Below, in pieces: positions 61,944-64,000 of a stretch of DNA of 64,000 bases; positions within the stretch are counted from its first letter, which is position 1, and every line of letters starts with the position of its first letter. The translations under genes were made by a program, and so were the position numbers. This DNA is from Parcubacteria group bacterium (GTDB taxonomy: Bacteria; Patescibacteriota; Minisyncoccia; Phycocordibacterales; UBA2135). Location: contig JACOWN010000004.1 of assembly GCA_016176785.1 (NCBI GenBank), positions 12,558-76,557 of the forward strand, read 5' to 3'. The notes beneath the pieces were generated by a model, which had not been told where the DNA came from, did no database searches, and was given only the letters and a program-made list of their open reading frames with translations.

Positions 61944-61970
61944 AAAAAAAACGCCAGTGGTATCACTGGC
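61944..61970 (-). terminator. Intrinsic terminator on the minus strand for the sat/HAD/61963..62493 operon.
   Basis: On the minus strand: GCCAGTGATACCACTGGCGTTTTTTTT. Confidence 0.65.
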
Positions 61971-62493
61971 GACTTTGGAAAAATGCCGCAGCGGCAATAA
62001 GAGAAGGGCGATGATAGCCCACAAACACTTTCGAGTATTCCGTAAGGACATAGCGCAAGAGACGCGGTTCCCACCATGTACACGCAACATCTTCCTCGTA
62101 CGGTCCATCCGCATACGAAGGATGAAAATTGTTGTCCACTTCCACAAGAAACGTTGGTCCCCGTACTGCCCGACGGTGGAGGACAGCGTCTGTCCAACAA
62201 ATTGGTGGCATGCCAACGACAAGTACGGGAGCTTCGTCGAGATGCGTGCGCACAAGGTCAGCGGGTTTAGCTAACACAAAATCCGCAACCTTGGTTTCTT
62301 CCCTGATGCCGCGTACAAGCGCATCCACCACGGCTTCGTCCGGCTTAACCGTTTCAGCAATACACTCTTCGCGGCCGCCATCATACGGATCGGGCTTATG
62401 AAAGTGGGGGTTACGTGTTTGGGTCATAATCGCAATGTCACCTTCAGAATCCCTTCGGTAGATTACCCCAAAAACAACAAGCTTATAGTCCAT
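61963..62493 (-). CDS. Hypothetical protein, possibly a divergent Nudix-like hydrolase.
   Basis: The start is at MDYKLVVFGVIY. The segment GGREECIAETVKPDEAVVDALVRGIREETKV only loosely resembles a Nudix box. Its start overlaps the HAD-like gene end by 11 nt. Confidence 0.45.
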   Translation of the reverse strand: MDYKLVVFGVIYRRDSEGDIAIMTQTRNPHFHKPDPYDGGREECIAETVKPDEAVVDALVRGIREETKVADFVLAKPADLVRTHLDEAPVLVVGMPPICWTDAVLHRRAVRGPTFLVEVDNNFHPSYADGPYEEDVACTWWEPRLLRYVLTEYSKVFVGYHRPSLIAAAAFFQSRQ

Positions 62494-63331
62494 CACGCGC
62501 CTCCTTTGCAAGCAACGATTCGAGAACAGGCAAGACATGCCTTAAATCGGCTGTTCTGCTCTTGGGGTCAACAAAGTGTATTCTCGCAAGAACGTCGGGG
62601 GACTGTGTCCGCAGAAACGCTTCAAGCGTCTCATTATAGTTAAAGGCAATCCCGTTTCCTCCCGAGGAAGCAACCCCTGCGATGCCGCCGCTGTCTCCCA
62701 TGGTGTCTCCCATGTGGACAACATCACACAGTCCGCACGAAGGAAAGTTTTTTAGAACGTACCGGGCGACAAGATCTGCTTTCGCGCTTTCGTCCACAAT
62801 CCCAAGCTCAACATCTCCCGTCGCTTGAATTCGATCGTATACTTGTGCATAAGCAGCAGGGGGGTCAAAGTAGTCGAAAACCATTTGCCGTAATTCGGCT
62901 TCTTCGAGCACGCAATCTGGCGACCCGTCTTTCCCAAACTTGAGAATGTTTCCAAGGTGGCCGTGTATTGCCGTATCGCCAAGCATCGCCTGGATGGCAT
63001 ATATCGTCACGGAATATCCCGTGGAATTGACGACAAGCGGAACATCATGCGACCGTAGGAATGCAATGAATTCATCAAATCCACTGACAAACCGCATATG
63101 CGTTCGCACATATTCAATCGCCTGGCGAAGCGTAAGCCCCCGCGTAAGCGGGCCGGCTGTGCCGAAGGCCTCTTGCATGGTCGCGGTCCCGCTTGTCTGC
63201 TTCCTGAATACTGCATCGGCTATTCTGAAGTTCTCTCCACTACAAAAGAGCCGAATTATGTCGCTCATTGAGTGCTGATGAATCAATGTGCCGTTCAGAT
63301 CGGACGATACGATAAGGCGCGGCGGTGACAT
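62483..63331 (-). CDS. HAD-superfamily-like hydrolase, atypical.
   Basis: An N-terminal SSDLNGTL motif resembles HAD motif I (DxDGT), but with Asn at the second Asp position; 282 aa. Confidence 0.45.
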   Translation of the reverse strand: MSPPRLIVSSDLNGTLIHQHSMSDIIRLFCSGENFRIADAVFRKQTSGTATMQEAFGTAGPLTRGLTLRQAIEYVRTHMRFVSGFDEFIAFLRSHDVPLVVNSTGYSVTIYAIQAMLGDTAIHGHLGNILKFGKDGSPDCVLEEAELRQMVFDYFDPPAAYAQVYDRIQATGDVELGIVDESAKADLVARYVLKNFPSCGLCDVVHMGDTMGDSGGIAGVASSGGNGIAFNYNETLEAFLRTQSPDVLARIHFVDPKSRTADLRHVLPVLESLLAKEARDGL

Positions 63332-63385
63332 CTCTCACCTCATGCCGTGTTGTGTTCTTCCTGCCTTATACCATGCGGTGAAGAA

Positions 63386-64000
63386 TCAGTCAACAAATAC
63401 CTTTTCATTCTTCTCTACCATGTCAATAATCACTTTTGAAATCTCCGGACGCATAAACCAGTTCGGAGGCATTAGACCAGCGAGAAACATTTTACGCGCA
63501 TCCGTCCCGCTGATGTGCATTTTTTCATTTTCGGCGTGCGCTCCGCCGTCGTCATCTTCGTGGACGTGTCTCCCGAGGCGTTCTGAATAAAAAACCTTGT
63601 TAAACCTGACGGGCGTAATGCCGATATCGGGGAATCGGTCAAAAATTTCATGGGATGCGGTTGGAGCATAAAAGTCGCCAACACCTGTGTGGTCTCTACC
63701 GACGACAAAGTGACTGCAGCCGAAGTTCTTTCGGCAAAGCGCCGTAAAGAGCGCCTCGCGCGGGCCTGCGTAGCGCGAAAAGGTCGCGTATGTGGCAAAG
63801 ACCACCTTATTCTTCGGATAAAACTGCTGTGACATCATTTCATACGCCTTAATGATCGGGAGCGAATGAAAATCGCCACTTTTTTTCTTTCCGATGACGG
63901 GATGCACGAAAAGACCGTCGGCGTTCGCGCGAGAAAGCGCTTCCATCTGAATAAATTCGTGCCCGCGATGCGGAACATTCCGTGTGTGAAAACCAACCAC
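63386..64000 (-). CDS. sat: Sulfate adenylyltransferase (ATP sulfurylase), 5'-partial: the N-terminus lies beyond the window end.
   Basis: GFHTRNVPHRGHEFIQ (QTRN/HRGHE-type signature) and a GRDHTG motif. The ORF runs off the window. Confidence 0.85.
   Translation of the reverse strand: MVGFHTRNVPHRGHEFIQMEALSRANADGLFVHPVIGKKKSGDFHSLPIIKAYEMMSQQFYPKNKVVFATYATFSRYAGPREALFTALCRKNFGCSHFVVGRDHTGVGDFYAPTASHEIFDRFPDIGITPVRFNKVFYSERLGRHVHEDDDGGAHAENEKMHISGTDARKMFLAGLMPPNWFMRPEISKVIIDMVEKNEKVFVD

Noticed and set aside
61805-62255. Minus-strand ORFs of 131 and 116 aa spanning the AT-rich islet.
   Set aside because: Only their last roughly 30 codons make sense, as the GIY-YIG N-terminal motif. The upstream parts are out-of-frame read-through of the neighbouring gene's terminator region. 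They are reinterpreted as a frameshifted GIY-YIG remnant.

Overview
The window is a gene-dense bacterial chromosome segment, roughly 58-60% GC, whose gene content and compact operons fit a small-genome, possibly Patescibacteria/CPR-like lineage (inference). It is mostly core housekeeping genes: purF, a NUDIX hydrolase, ftsH, a UvrD-like helicase-nuclease, the dnaG-rpoD operon, rpoC-rpoB, the rpsP-KH-trmD cluster, rnr, rplU, rmuC, pcm, a 3-methyladenine glycosylase, mnmA, mltG, leuS, ychF, three sigma-70 family factors and one tRNA-Glu(CUC). The last 12 kb is a cell-surface polysaccharide/sulfation locus: an O-antigen-ligase-like protein, a GT4 glycosyltransferase, a polyprenyl glycosylphosphotransferase, an SDR epimerase, a cytidylyltransferase, cysC and sat.

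Features that standard annotation would not explain:
- A dispersed ~40-bp composite repeat, AAAAGGACCGTCCTTTT joined to DnaA-box-like TTWTCCACAG, at six loci plus solitary boxes. One copy supplies the stop codons and C-terminal tails of two convergent genes.
- A second perfectly conserved 23-bp palindrome, TGTTCAACATCGGGTGTTGAACA, at five sites; twice it forms a cassette with an identical terminator.
- A 2.2-kb gene for a secreted protein with eight tandem four-cysteine repeats and a long Pro/Gly/Glu/Met low-complexity tail.
- A 1112-aa orphan protein with no domain I can recognise.
- A paralogous pair of GT-B-like genes, one broken by a perfect 20-bp tandem duplication.
- A frameshifted GIY-YIG nuclease remnant bounded by 23-bp inverted repeats in an AT-rich islet.
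- tRNA-Glu with a nearby direct repeat of its 3' end, probably an integration-site scar.
- A 7-nt microsatellite inside mnmA.

No CRISPR array, rRNA or intact IS element is visible.
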